A stretch of 61,015 nucleotides of DNA from the NCBI GenBank assembly GCA_948875265.1, contig CAQRYF010000003.1, positions 1 through 61,015 on the forward strand. The letters are read 5' to 3'. The notes under the pieces were generated by a model. That model did not search any database. It saw only the letters and a list, made by a program, of their open reading frames with translations, and was not told where the DNA came from. Each line of letters opens with the position of its first letter. The stretch's first letter is position 1. This DNA is from an uncultured Clostridia bacterium (GTDB lineage: Bacteria > Bacillota > Clostridia > TANB77 > CAG-508). A program made the translations under genes and the position numbers. Positions 1 through 8,242 of this stretch are shown in pieces.

Positions 1-11
1 ATTAATATATA

Positions 12-593
12 TCAACTTAATTCTAATAAAATTCTTTCTATTTCATACCATGATTCAACAACGCTAATATCACTTTTCGCCTTTCTTTTGTCTGTACTAA
101 ATAATACTCTTATTTTTACTTTTTTATCAATTAAATGCCTAGCATCATCGTCACATAAAAAACAGATATTATTTTTCGAACAAATATCTTGTTTCGATTC
201 ATAAGATGAAGATATTATTTCCTGAATATCTTCATTTAAATCATACTTTTTTAACCAATCATATACAGGTTTAATCAATTCTTCAGTTCTTGCTGTTATA
301 ATATATATATTAAATTTTTGTGATAATTTTTTAATTGTTTCTATCGCTCCTAATATTGGTTTTGTTTTATATAATATTTCAGGTTGAAATATTATATTTG
401 ACATATAATTATATAATTCTTCTATTCCAACATTTGACAGAGTCTGACTTAGTTCAGAATAAAAGCTAGTCTTGTCTGCACATTCTATGCAGAATCCTTT
501 ACTTCTTAGCCATTTTATCTTTTCTTTATTAGTATCTGCTATAACCCCATCAAAGTCAAATGCTATTTTTTTATCTTTCAATTTCTTCTTCAT
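12..593 (-). CDS. HAD-superfamily phosphatase, 5'(3')-deoxyribonucleotidase-like
   Basis: 193-aa ORF. It has HAD motif I (FDFDGVIADT), IITART, and the acidic motif CDDDARH. Its start overlaps the upstream ORF by 23 nt, so it is the last gene of a four-gene operon. Confidence 0.6.
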   Translation of the reverse strand: MKKKLKDKKIAFDFDGVIADTNKEKIKWLRSKGFCIECADKTSFYSELSQTLSNVGIEELYNYMSNIIFQPEILYKTKPILGAIETIKKLSQKFNIYIITARTEELIKPVYDWLKKYDLNEDIQEIISSSYESKQDICSKNNICFLCDDDARHLIDKKVKIRVLFSTDKRKAKSDISVVESWYEIERILLELS

Positions 594-1161
594 ACTCCTT
601 AATTTTTTTTAAAATTTCTTTTACTTCTTTTGGAAGCATTAATGCATAGTATTCTGGTAAAGAAAGTTGAAAATTTTTATTTTTTATTACATGTTCTTGT
701 AACTTGTTTAACCTTTCTTTTTTAATAAATTCTAATTTCAAAAATTCTTCTACAGGTATTTCTAATAATGCTGGTAAATCATTTGGTTCAATATCTTTTT
801 TACTCAAAATTTCTAAAAAATAGAAATCTGCTTCCATACTCAAGTTAGAATCTCTCTCAAATATATTTAAATCTCCCATTCTAATTCTTTTATTAAAAAT
901 TGGATTTGATGTCACTCTAAGGTCTTTTTCTTCTATTCCTTTTACCTCTTCTAACACTTCTCTTATTAGTGCTCTCTTTGAACTATTTTTATCTTCTCTT
1001 TCTATTTGCCCTCCTAATGTCTTTATTATAGTTGCTTTTTCTTCATTTTCTAAATTGTACCATCTTTTTGATTTTTGCATTCCTAAAACTATATTTCCAT
1101 TATGTATGACTATAGCTTCTGCTCCTTTTATTTCTTCTGAGTTATTATCTTTCATCCCCAT
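571..1161 (-). CDS. NUDIX-like hydrolase (non-canonical box spacing)
   Basis: 196-aa ORF with GGQIERED...REVLEEVKGI, which resembles the Nudix box GX5EX7REUXEEXGU with altered spacing. It overlaps both neighbouring ORFs. Confidence 0.5.
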   Translation of the reverse strand: MGMKDNNSEEIKGAEAIVIHNGNIVLGMQKSKRWYNLENEEKATIIKTLGGQIEREDKNSSKRALIREVLEEVKGIEEKDLRVTSNPIFNKRIRMGDLNIFERDSNLSMEADFYFLEILSKKDIEPNDLPALLEIPVEEFLKLEFIKKERLNKLQEHVIKNKNFQLSLPEYYALMLPKEVKEILKKIKEYEEEIER

Positions 1162-2110
1162 TAAAAGTTATCTCCTTTCCATCTACTTGTAATGTAGCAC
1201 AAATTTTACAATTTATTTTATTATTTTCCATACTACTTCCGCAGTGTACACATCCTCCTTTTTCTTCTTTTTTAAATCCAAAACTTTTGTTATATATTTT
1301 AAATAATGCATATTCAAATTTATTTCTAAATTGAAATATATCTTTACAACTTGTCAAAAATTCTTCATCCGAAATTTCATCTCCAATACTTTTTATTGTT
1401 TCATATATCCCAGAACCAGTAAATGCCATCGTCTGTGGTCTAGTTATACAAATTTGTGGTAAAATTCCCTCATAAGACTTTCTTAGCGGATATTTTGATT
1501 TTATTTCTCCTTCTTCTTTCATTCTTTCTTGTATTGGAATAGCTAAAATCTCCTTTTTTACTCTTTCATCATGAAACGGTGCTATATATTTCATTTTCAT
1601 ACTTTGAGCTATTACATCAGACATTATTACTATCTCTTTTAGTCTATCCTTTATTGCTGTATCCAAAGATTTATAATCTCCTTTCCAATTTTTAAAAAAT
1701 GGAAAACTTCCTAGTAAATCATCTGCTCCTTCTCCACTTGCTATACTTCTTAAACCTGCATTTTTTGCATACATTGTCCCTAATAGTAAAGTTGTAGTAG
1801 AACTAATCCATTCAGGATTAAAAGATTTTAATATTCTAACCGATGTTTCTATCATATCTTTAACTTGTTGTGGTTTTACATAAAATATATGATGATTACT
1901 TATTCCTAGCTCTTTTGCTACCATTTTACTATATTCAATATCCGAACTTTCTTTTCCTTCTACACCAACCGTTATTCCCATAACATCTGAATTATATTTA
2001 TGTGCAGTGTATAATATTGCCGAACTATCTACTCCTCCCGAAAATAATACTGTTTCTGGTACATTCTCTTTTATTACATTATCAATTTGACTTCTTATAT
2101 TTTTATACAT
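1145..2110 (-). CDS. Asparagine-synthetase-like PP-loop ATP pyrophosphatase (synthetase domain only) with C-terminal Cys-rich zinc ribbon
   Basis: 321-aa ORF with the SGGVDSS PP-loop motif near the N-terminus and no glutaminase domain. The C-terminus carries CVHCGS...CKIC. Confidence 0.65.
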   Translation of the reverse strand: MYKNIRSQIDNVIKENVPETVLFSGGVDSSAILYTAHKYNSDVMGITVGVEGKESSDIEYSKMVAKELGISNHHIFYVKPQQVKDMIETSVRILKSFNPEWISSTTTLLLGTMYAKNAGLRSIASGEGADDLLGSFPFFKNWKGDYKSLDTAIKDRLKEIVIMSDVIAQSMKMKYIAPFHDERVKKEILAIPIQERMKEEGEIKSKYPLRKSYEGILPQICITRPQTMAFTGSGIYETIKSIGDEISDEEFLTSCKDIFQFRNKFEYALFKIYNKSFGFKKEEKGGCVHCGSSMENNKINCKICATLQVDGKEITFNGDER

Positions 2111-2123
2111 AATCTCAACAACC

Positions 2124-3392
2124 TTATCCTAATATTTCTTTATAATTTTTAGTATCATAAATCAATTTCAAAAAATCTCTATAACTTAAATTTGGTATTC
2201 CTTCATAATATGTCCTTTTATCATATTTTGATATTTGCTCTTCGTTCATATTATGATTCATTTCATAAAATGGAGTATATGCCGTTGGTCTAATATTTAC
2301 ATTATATTTATTCAAAAAATCTAAAGTGTATTTTATACTTTCCTTTGTTTGATTTGGTACACCGAACATAACTAATGCTTTATACTCAATACCATATTTT
2401 TGTAATAGTTTTATTCCTTCAACAATAACTTTATTGTCATATCTTTTATTTATACTTTTCAAATCTTCATTTTCAACGGATTCTATTCCAATAGCAATTT
2501 TATAGCATCCTGATTTAGACATCATTTTAATTAATTCTTCATTTTTTAACAAATCTGGTCTAGTAGTACAAGACCATTTAATTTTTTTCTTATTGTTTAT
2601 TAGCTCTTGGCATAATTCCATTGCTTTTTCTTCATTTAATGTAAAATCTGGTGCAAAAAATTTAAAATATTCATAATCTAAAGAATTAATATAGTTTACT
2701 ATGTCTTTTGCTTTTCTTCTTCTTTCTTTTTTTCCATAATACATTACTGCATTACAGTAAGGGCAATTATATGGACATCCTCTTGCTATTGTTACTACTA
2801 CCTGTTGTTTCTTTTCCATTTCAAAATATTTTTTTATCGGAACTTTTGATACATCTGTGTATCCCCATTCTCTCGTTTCTAGAAACTCTCCTTTTTTACA
2901 ATTTAACAGTTGTCTATTTCTTATTAGTAATACTCCTCTCATGTCATTTTCTTGTAGCCCATTTAAACTATACTTAAAAAAATCTAGTATAGCTATTTCT
3001 TGATCACATTCTTTTGCAACTATAGCATCAAAATTTGTCTTTTTGAAAAATTTTGGTAAATATATTGGCATTTCTCCATAAGCAATTGTTTTACATTCTG
3101 GTAAAATTTCTTTTATGTACTCATGTAGTTTAATTGTATTTTGTAAATTTTCTGTATTAATATAAAATGCAATAGCTTTATATTGGTTATCAATTATTTT
3201 TTTCATTATATCCTGAAACTCTGTTTGTTCTGCTTCAATATCTAGTATATCAATATCTTCTTCTATAATTTTCTCGATATAATCTATTACCTCCCCTAAA
3301 TGCACAAAGTGATAAGGTGCATTTACATGATTAGATTTTGTTGATAATCCACTGTCTGCCCATATAAATAAAAAATTTGAATTCATAACCAT
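2124..3392 (-). CDS. B12-binding-domain radical SAM enzyme
   Basis: 422-aa ORF with an N-terminal Rossmann-like region followed by ARGCPYNCPYCN (CxxxCxxC). GGAG spacing suggests the true start may be the second ATG at 3386. Confidence 0.75.
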   Translation of the reverse strand: MVMNSNFLFIWADSGLSTKSNHVNAPYHFVHLGEVIDYIEKIIEEDIDILDIEAEQTEFQDIMKKIIDNQYKAIAFYINTENLQNTIKLHEYIKEILPECKTIAYGEMPIYLPKFFKKTNFDAIVAKECDQEIAILDFFKYSLNGLQENDMRGVLLIRNRQLLNCKKGEFLETREWGYTDVSKVPIKKYFEMEKKQQVVVTIARGCPYNCPYCNAVMYYGKKERRRKAKDIVNYINSLDYEYFKFFAPDFTLNEEKAMELCQELINNKKKIKWSCTTRPDLLKNEELIKMMSKSGCYKIAIGIESVENEDLKSINKRYDNKVIVEGIKLLQKYGIEYKALVMFGVPNQTKESIKYTLDFLNKYNVNIRPTAYTPFYEMNHNMNEEQISKYDKRTYYEGIPNLSYRDFLKLIYDTKNYKEILG

Positions 3393-3428
3393 GTCTCCTT
3401 TACATTTATTTATCTTCTAAAGATTCTA

Positions 3429-3677
3429 TCATTTTTTACAAATTATGTCAATTTTCTTTGTAAGTTTTGCATAATATTCTGTATCTACTACTTGTCCTTT
3501 TTCATAGTTATCATTATTTCGTGCATATCTTCTGCTGCCTGTTTGCTCCAAATCATCATTTCTGTTACTATATTTGCATCTAGCAACTTATATTTTATTA
3601 TCTCTACATTTCATTCCTTCAGGTGTTGTATAAGTTATATATTTCCTATTTTGTGTCCATAAAACCTGATAACCTCA
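3429..3677 (-). pseudogene. Start-less gene remnant with an in-frame TAA (3588-3590), origin unassigned
   Basis: The minus-strand frame reads GYQVLWTQNRKYITYTTPEGMKCRDNKI*VARCKYSNRNDDLEQTGSRRYARNNDNYEKGQVVDTEYYAKLTKKIDIICKK*. There is no start codon and one internal stop. Confidence 0.25.
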
Positions 3678-3786
3678 TTTATTCATTATATTATGCATAA
3701 TCTCCTATCAAAAAAAACCAAGTATTTATGTACTTAGTCTATAAGTCATTTATTATAATTTATAAAGGAATATTTACATATATTTT

Positions 3787-4011
3787 TTATTTATGCAATA
3801 AGCTAACTCCCTCATCTGGTACTCCATGCCCAGCATCTAATACTACTGTTTTTCCAGATACTGGTGTTGAAGTTGTTGCTATTGTGTTATTAACTTTATC
3901 GATAGTATTTTTTTCATTCTCCTTGTTAGCAATTTGAAATGAACATGCAAATAGGCTTATAAATAAGCATGATAATATTATCCCTATTCTTTTTTTATTA
4001 ATCACTATCAT
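3787..4011 (-). pseudogene. Truncated N-acetylmuramoyl-L-alanine amidase (CwlD-like), N-terminal 74 aa only
   Basis: A signal/anchor segment is followed by VVLDAGHGVPDEG, the start of the amidase_3 catalytic domain. The ORF stops about 8 residues later, and no continuation exists in any frame downstream. Confidence 0.5.
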
Positions 4012-4013
4012 AA

Positions 4014-4070
4014 AAAAACACCTTTCTAAATATATAACTTATTATATTTATATTTAGAAATGGTGTTTTT
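4014..4070 (-). terminator. Long AT-rich hairpin downstream of the GGDEF gene
   Basis: AAAAACACCTTTCTAAATATA...TATATTTAGAAATGGTGTTTTT, with A/T runs on both sides. Confidence 0.5.
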
Positions 4071-4085
4071 ATTCATATTCAATTA

Positions 4086-5012
4086 CTATTTTCTTCTATC
4101 TACTGCATAACTACTTCCCATTACTGATTTTGCAGCATGTTTTACTTGTGCCCCAATTTCTCCTATCTCTAGTATATTGTGAAATCTTCCTTTATCAGCA
4201 ACAACTACTCCTATGGATAATGATGTTAAAGGAAATTGCTCTATTATTCCTCTTCTATTTGCAACTTCTATATATCCTTTTTCTAAGTCTGCTTCTGTGA
4301 AATATCTTCCAACATATTTGTCAAAATATGCCAATATACTTTGACATAGTTTCTCACAATTTGTCTCTGGCACAATTGCTACAAAATCATCTCCTCCGAT
4401 ATGTCCTATAAATGCTCCTTCAACATTTTCATTATTATGTATTGAATTTATTATTGTTTCAGCTGTAAATTCTATTATTTGATCTCCTTTTAGAAATCCA
4501 TATACATCATTATATGCTTTAAAGTTATCTAAGTCTAAATATAATACTGAAAATGGCTCATTTTTAGATATTCTTTTCTTTAATTCAGCATGTATTTGTA
4601 CATTTCCAGGTAATCCTGTTAGAGGACTTATCCTTCTGTTTATTGATAATAACCTGTTCAAATTTTTTACAGTATAATATAAATATTGTTCATCTACTGG
4701 TTTTTTTATAAAATATTCTATTGATTCTTGTAAAATTTTTATTCTATGATCTCTACTACTCTTCGAAGATACTACGATTACTGGTGTAATTGTATTATCC
4801 TCATCTTTTCTTATTTTTCTACATAGTTCAACAACATCTCTATCAATAGCATCTTCATTTATTACAATTAATGCTGGTATATTCTTCAATGCAATATCTA
4901 TTTCATTAGATTTTACACTTATAAATTTAAATTCATCATCATTTTTAAATAATTCTCTAAATATTACTATTGATGAATCATCATCATCTATTATATAAAC
5001 TTCTTGTACCAT
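4086..5012 (-). CDS. Response-regulator receiver domain fused to a GGDEF domain (signature GGDDF)
   Basis: 308 aa. The N-terminal REC-like region has IIDDDD, VVSS and KKP. The C-terminal region reads HIGGDDFVAIV. Confidence 0.75.
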   Translation of the reverse strand: MVQEVYIIDDDDSSIVIFRELFKNDDEFKFISVKSNEIDIALKNIPALIVINEDAIDRDVVELCRKIRKDEDNTITPVIVVSSKSSRDHRIKILQESIEYFIKKPVDEQYLYYTVKNLNRLLSINRRISPLTGLPGNVQIHAELKKRISKNEPFSVLYLDLDNFKAYNDVYGFLKGDQIIEFTAETIINSIHNNENVEGAFIGHIGGDDFVAIVPETNCEKLCQSILAYFDKYVGRYFTEADLEKGYIEVANRRGIIEQFPLTSLSIGVVVADKGRFHNILEIGEIGAQVKHAAKSVMGSSYAVDRRK

Positions 5013-5078
5013 ATATTTCCTCCATATTTTTCTTCAATTTCATTATATACAAAAAGTATTATTTATTTCAAGTCCTTT

Positions 5079-5864
5079 TTATTTGTTTTTGTGTTTTTTC
5101 CTAACCTCTATTTTTCTACTTAACACTTCTGTTATTTCTTTTGTATTAATAGCTGGGAAAGCCCTTTTTAATCTATACACATTTTTGTATAATCTTAGTA
5201 TCGTTTTATTTCTCTTCTTTTTAAGTTTTTCTACCATTTGTTGTATATTTTCAGTAGATATAGCTTTTTCTTGTTTCTTTTTTATTGTTCTTATTTCTTT
5301 TAGTTTTTCTTTTATTTCTTTATTCAATTGTTCAACTTTTTCTAGAGTTGATTTTATGTTTTTAACTTTAATAATTGTAGTTATCATGTCTATTAAAAAT
5401 ACTATTGATAATATAAATACTATATATTTTAGTAAATTTTTATCTATGTTATAAATTACATTTTGTATACAAGGATGAATATATTTCACAAATATTATCC
5501 CTAATATTCCCCAGTAAATTGAGTTTGTTAAGCATATTCTTCCTTGAAAATTAAATTTATGATCTGAATAATCCCAATATTTCGTTTTAAATAGCTTTTC
5601 TAATAAAACTCCTACTAAATATTCCCATATAGTTAATACTATAACTGACACAAAGAATAATTTTATTATGTTATTTTCTAGACTTTCTAAAAATATAAAC
5701 ATTATTATTGCACCAATACCATATATTGGGCAAAATGGTCCTCTTAAAAAACCAGTATTTATCATTTTCTTTTCACATATTGACCTAAATACTGATTCCA
5801 TTAACCACCCCAAAAATGAGTATATTATAAAGTATGTTAATATTTCAAAACAATTAGTTTCCAT
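5079..5864 (-). CDS. Multi-pass membrane protein of the 'putative ABC-transporter type IV' (CmpB-like) family with a Lys-rich coiled-coil tail
   Basis: 261 aa with the N-terminal motif YSFLGWLMESVFRS, several TM segments and a charged C-terminus. Confidence 0.5.
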   Translation of the reverse strand: METNCFEILTYFIIYSFLGWLMESVFRSICEKKMINTGFLRGPFCPIYGIGAIIMFIFLESLENNIIKLFFVSVIVLTIWEYLVGVLLEKLFKTKYWDYSDHKFNFQGRICLTNSIYWGILGIIFVKYIHPCIQNVIYNIDKNLLKYIVFILSIVFLIDMITTIIKVKNIKSTLEKVEQLNKEIKEKLKEIRTIKKKQEKAISTENIQQMVEKLKKKRNKTILRLYKNVYRLKRAFPAINTKEITEVLSRKIEVRKKHKNK

Positions 5865-5924
5865 TTCTCTCCTCTACGTAAAATTAAGCCTCCTACTCTT
5901 TTTTATAGCAGTAGGAGGTTTTTA

Positions 5925-6842
5925 TTATTTTGTAACTTTAGCTTTAAATTTTTCTGTAACATCGCTTTGATTATATACTGTTACTTCTAATTTATTCTCT
6001 CCATCATGTAATGGATATGCATATTCTAGTTCTTTTCTTCCATCTAAATTTAATCTATATTTTTCTGTTCCGTTTATAATAAATTCTACTTTTTTAAGCC
6101 CCTGTTCATCTGATGCTTTGATTATAAAGTTAGCAGATCCATCTGTTGTAACTTCTAGTTTTGGTTTTGTTACTCCATTAATTTCTTGTTCCTTTGTTTC
6201 TGTATTATTATTAATATCTACTACTATTACTGTTAGTTTGTGTAATCCTTTTGGTATTTCTATGATTTGTTCTGTTGTTATATTATTTACATCTATTTTA
6301 GTTTCTTCTTCTTCATCCCATCTATATGTCAAATAAGAAATATCATTTTTTCCTTCTGCTTTTATTTTTATATTATTTCCTACTACCTCAAAATCTATGC
6401 TTATTTCTCCTTGTAAAGTATATTCTCTTTGATATCTTGTTTCTTGTCCATTTACATCACTTACATAAATATTTAATATATTTGTTCCTGTTGGTATTTC
6501 TATTTTCTGTTCTATATTTTTCTTTCCATTACTTTCTATTGTTTTTTCTTCTTCATCATTCCAATTATATGTTATTTTTGATAATGCTTTATCATGTTGT
6601 ATTTTTAATGTTAATTCTGTTTCCGAAGTTTCTTCAACAAATATTGGTGGTTTAGTTAAAGATGATGCTTTAGAATCTTGATACATTGAATATGAGCCTG
6701 TTCCAATCATGAATATTCCAAAAACTAATATAGCTATTGAAAAGAACTTTAATATATTATTTATTTCAATTGGTCCACTACTATTTCTATTTTTTCTTTT
6801 TTCCTTTTTAGGAGTATTATCTATACTTAATATCTGATTCAT
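5925..6842 (-). CDS. Membrane-anchored protein with three tandem Ig-like repeats
   Basis: 305 aa with one TM segment. Three units of roughly 85 aa share Y(N/R)WD(E)EEE...IEIP.G...L.V.V.D.NG/NN. Confidence 0.45.
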   Translation of the reverse strand: MNQILSIDNTPKKEKRKNRNSSGPIEINNILKFFSIAILVFGIFMIGTGSYSMYQDSKASSLTKPPIFVEETSETELTLKIQHDKALSKITYNWNDEEEKTIESNGKKNIEQKIEIPTGTNILNIYVSDVNGQETRYQREYTLQGEISIDFEVVGNNIKIKAEGKNDISYLTYRWDEEEETKIDVNNITTEQIIEIPKGLHKLTVIVVDINNNTETKEQEINGVTKPKLEVTTDGSANFIIKASDEQGLKKVEFIINGTEKYRLNLDGRKELEYAYPLHDGENKLEVTVYNQSDVTEKFKAKVTK

Positions 6843-6976
6843 TCTTTCACCTCTTTTGTTTCCCTACGGAAAATTATATCACATGGTTTTTTAATTGTAA
6901 ATAATTTGTTCGAAATTCATTTCTTAATATTTTATTTGCTAATTAATTATTTATAAATAACATATATTAAAATTAA

Positions 6977-7000
6977 AAACCGCTGATAATTCAACGGTTT
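6977..7000 (-). terminator. Rho-independent terminator after rpsR
   Basis: AAACCGCTGATAATTCAACGGTTT hairpin. The minus strand has a T-run after it. Confidence 0.6.
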
Positions 7001-7020
7001 CGTTTGTTTGATTTTCTTAA

Positions 7021-7299
7021 TTAATTTTGTGCATAAGGTAATACTGCAATATGTCTTGCTCTTTTTACTGCTGTTGTGATATCTCTTTGATGTTTTGCAC
7101 AACATCCTGTAGTTCTTCTTGGTAAGATTTTTCCTTTATCATTAATAAATTTTCTTAATTGTTCTGGATTTTTATAATCTAACTCAAAGTTTTTGTCACT
7201 ACATAATACACATACTTTTTTTCTTTGTTTTCTGAATCTTGGATTGTAATCCTCATCATAATTTTTATTATTTCTTTTATTTTGTTTTTTATCTGCCAT
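7021..7299 (-). CDS. rpsR: 30S ribosomal protein S18
   Basis: 92 aa reading ...[48 protein letters not shown]. It lies in the rpsF-ssb-rpsR order. Confidence 0.95.
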   Translation of the reverse strand: MADKKQNKRNNKNYDEDYNPRFRKQRKKVCVLCSDKNFELDYKNPEQLRKFINDKGKILPRRTTGCCAKHQRDITTAVKRARHIAVLPYAQN

Positions 7300-7322
7300 T
7301 TCTTATTTTCACCCCTCTTTAA

Positions 7323-7751
7323 CTAGAATGGTAGGTCATCGCTTGAAGATACTTCGAAGTCATCTCCCATATTTCCTGGTGCAGTGTTTCCAAATGTATT
7401 TTCAAAAGAATTTCCCATTGAATCTCCTTCTCTTTTACTATCTGCAAAATATGCTTCTTCTGCAACAACTTCTGTTACATAATGTTTTGTTCCTTGGTCA
7501 TCATCCCAAGTTCTTGTTTGTATTCTTCCAATGATTCCTACTTGTTGACCTTTCTTAAAGTATTTACTACAAAATTCTCCAAGTTTACTCCAAGCAACTA
7601 TGTTTATAAAGTCTGCTTGTCTTTCTTCCCCTTGTCTTACAAATCTTCTGTTTACTGCTAAACTAAATGAAGATACTAATGTATTATTTGTTTGTGTGTA
7701 TCTTGTTTCTGGGTCTCTTGTTAATCTTCCCATTAATATTACTTTGTTCAT
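7323..7751 (-). CDS. ssb: Single-stranded DNA-binding protein
   Basis: 142 aa starting MNKVILMGRLTRDPE, with an OB fold and an acidic C-terminal tail ending DDLPF. Confidence 0.95.
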   Translation of the reverse strand: MNKVILMGRLTRDPETRYTQTNNTLVSSFSLAVNRRFVRQGEERQADFINIVAWSKLGEFCSKYFKKGQQVGIIGRIQTRTWDDDQGTKHYVTEVVAEEAYFADSKREGDSMGNSFENTFGNTAPGNMGDDFEVSSSDDLPF

Positions 7752-7822
7752 TTACTATCACCTTTCTTTACTTTAAATAAAGGCCCCTTCTTTATTTAAT
7801 TCTTTTTTTTGCTAATTTATTA

Positions 7823-8107
7823 TTAGTCTTCTTTTCTTACAACGATGAATTTTATTATGTCATCTGTAATTCTATAAACTCTTTCAAGTTCTGTTATTGA
7901 ATCTGGTTTTGCTTCAAAGTTAAATAACATATATGTAGCTTCACTGAACTTTTTAATTTCATATGCTAGTTTCTTTTTGCCCATATTTTCTACAGATTCT
8001 ACTTTACCATTTTCATTTATTAATCCTGTGAATTTTTCCTCTAAAGCTTTTAAACCTGCTTCATCAACATTTGGATTAACAATGATTATACTTTCGTATT
8101 TATTCAT
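7823..8107 (-). CDS. rpsF: 30S ribosomal protein S6
   Basis: MNKYESIIIVNP.... The ATG at 8107 sits 6 nt after GGGAGGTG. The track's earlier start falls inside the RBS. Confidence 0.9.
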   Translation of the reverse strand: MNKYESIIIVNPNVDEAGLKALEEKFTGLINENGKVESVENMGKKKLAYEIKKFSEATYMLFNFEAKPDSITELERVYRITDDIIKFIVVRKED

Positions 8108-8162
8108 TATTTTCACCTCCCTTTGGATTTATAACCTACATTTTTAATGTAAGTAGAGATTA

Positions 8163-8198
8163 AAAATAGCTGTGCTACTTTTAAAACACAGCTATTTT
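8163..8198 (-). terminator. Terminator after the pilin-like gene
   Basis: AAAATAGCTGTG-N12-CACAGCTATTTT with a T-run on the minus strand. Confidence 0.6.
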
Positions 8199-8242
8199 AT
8201 CATACATTTTTATATTTTGCAAGCATTTTACATATTTATATT

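Noticed and set aside
1770-1785. Isolated GTCCC/GGGAC pentamers inside coding regions (e.g. 1776, 23402).
   Set aside because: There are no flanking inverted arms, so these are chance occurrences.
7775-7797. The hairpin AAATAAAGGCCCCTTCTTTATTT between ssb and rpsF as a member of the GGGAC-loop family.
   Set aside because: Its loop (GGGGC on the transcribed strand) lacks the GGGAC core. The structure is adequately explained as an intra-operon attenuator or stabiliser hairpin.
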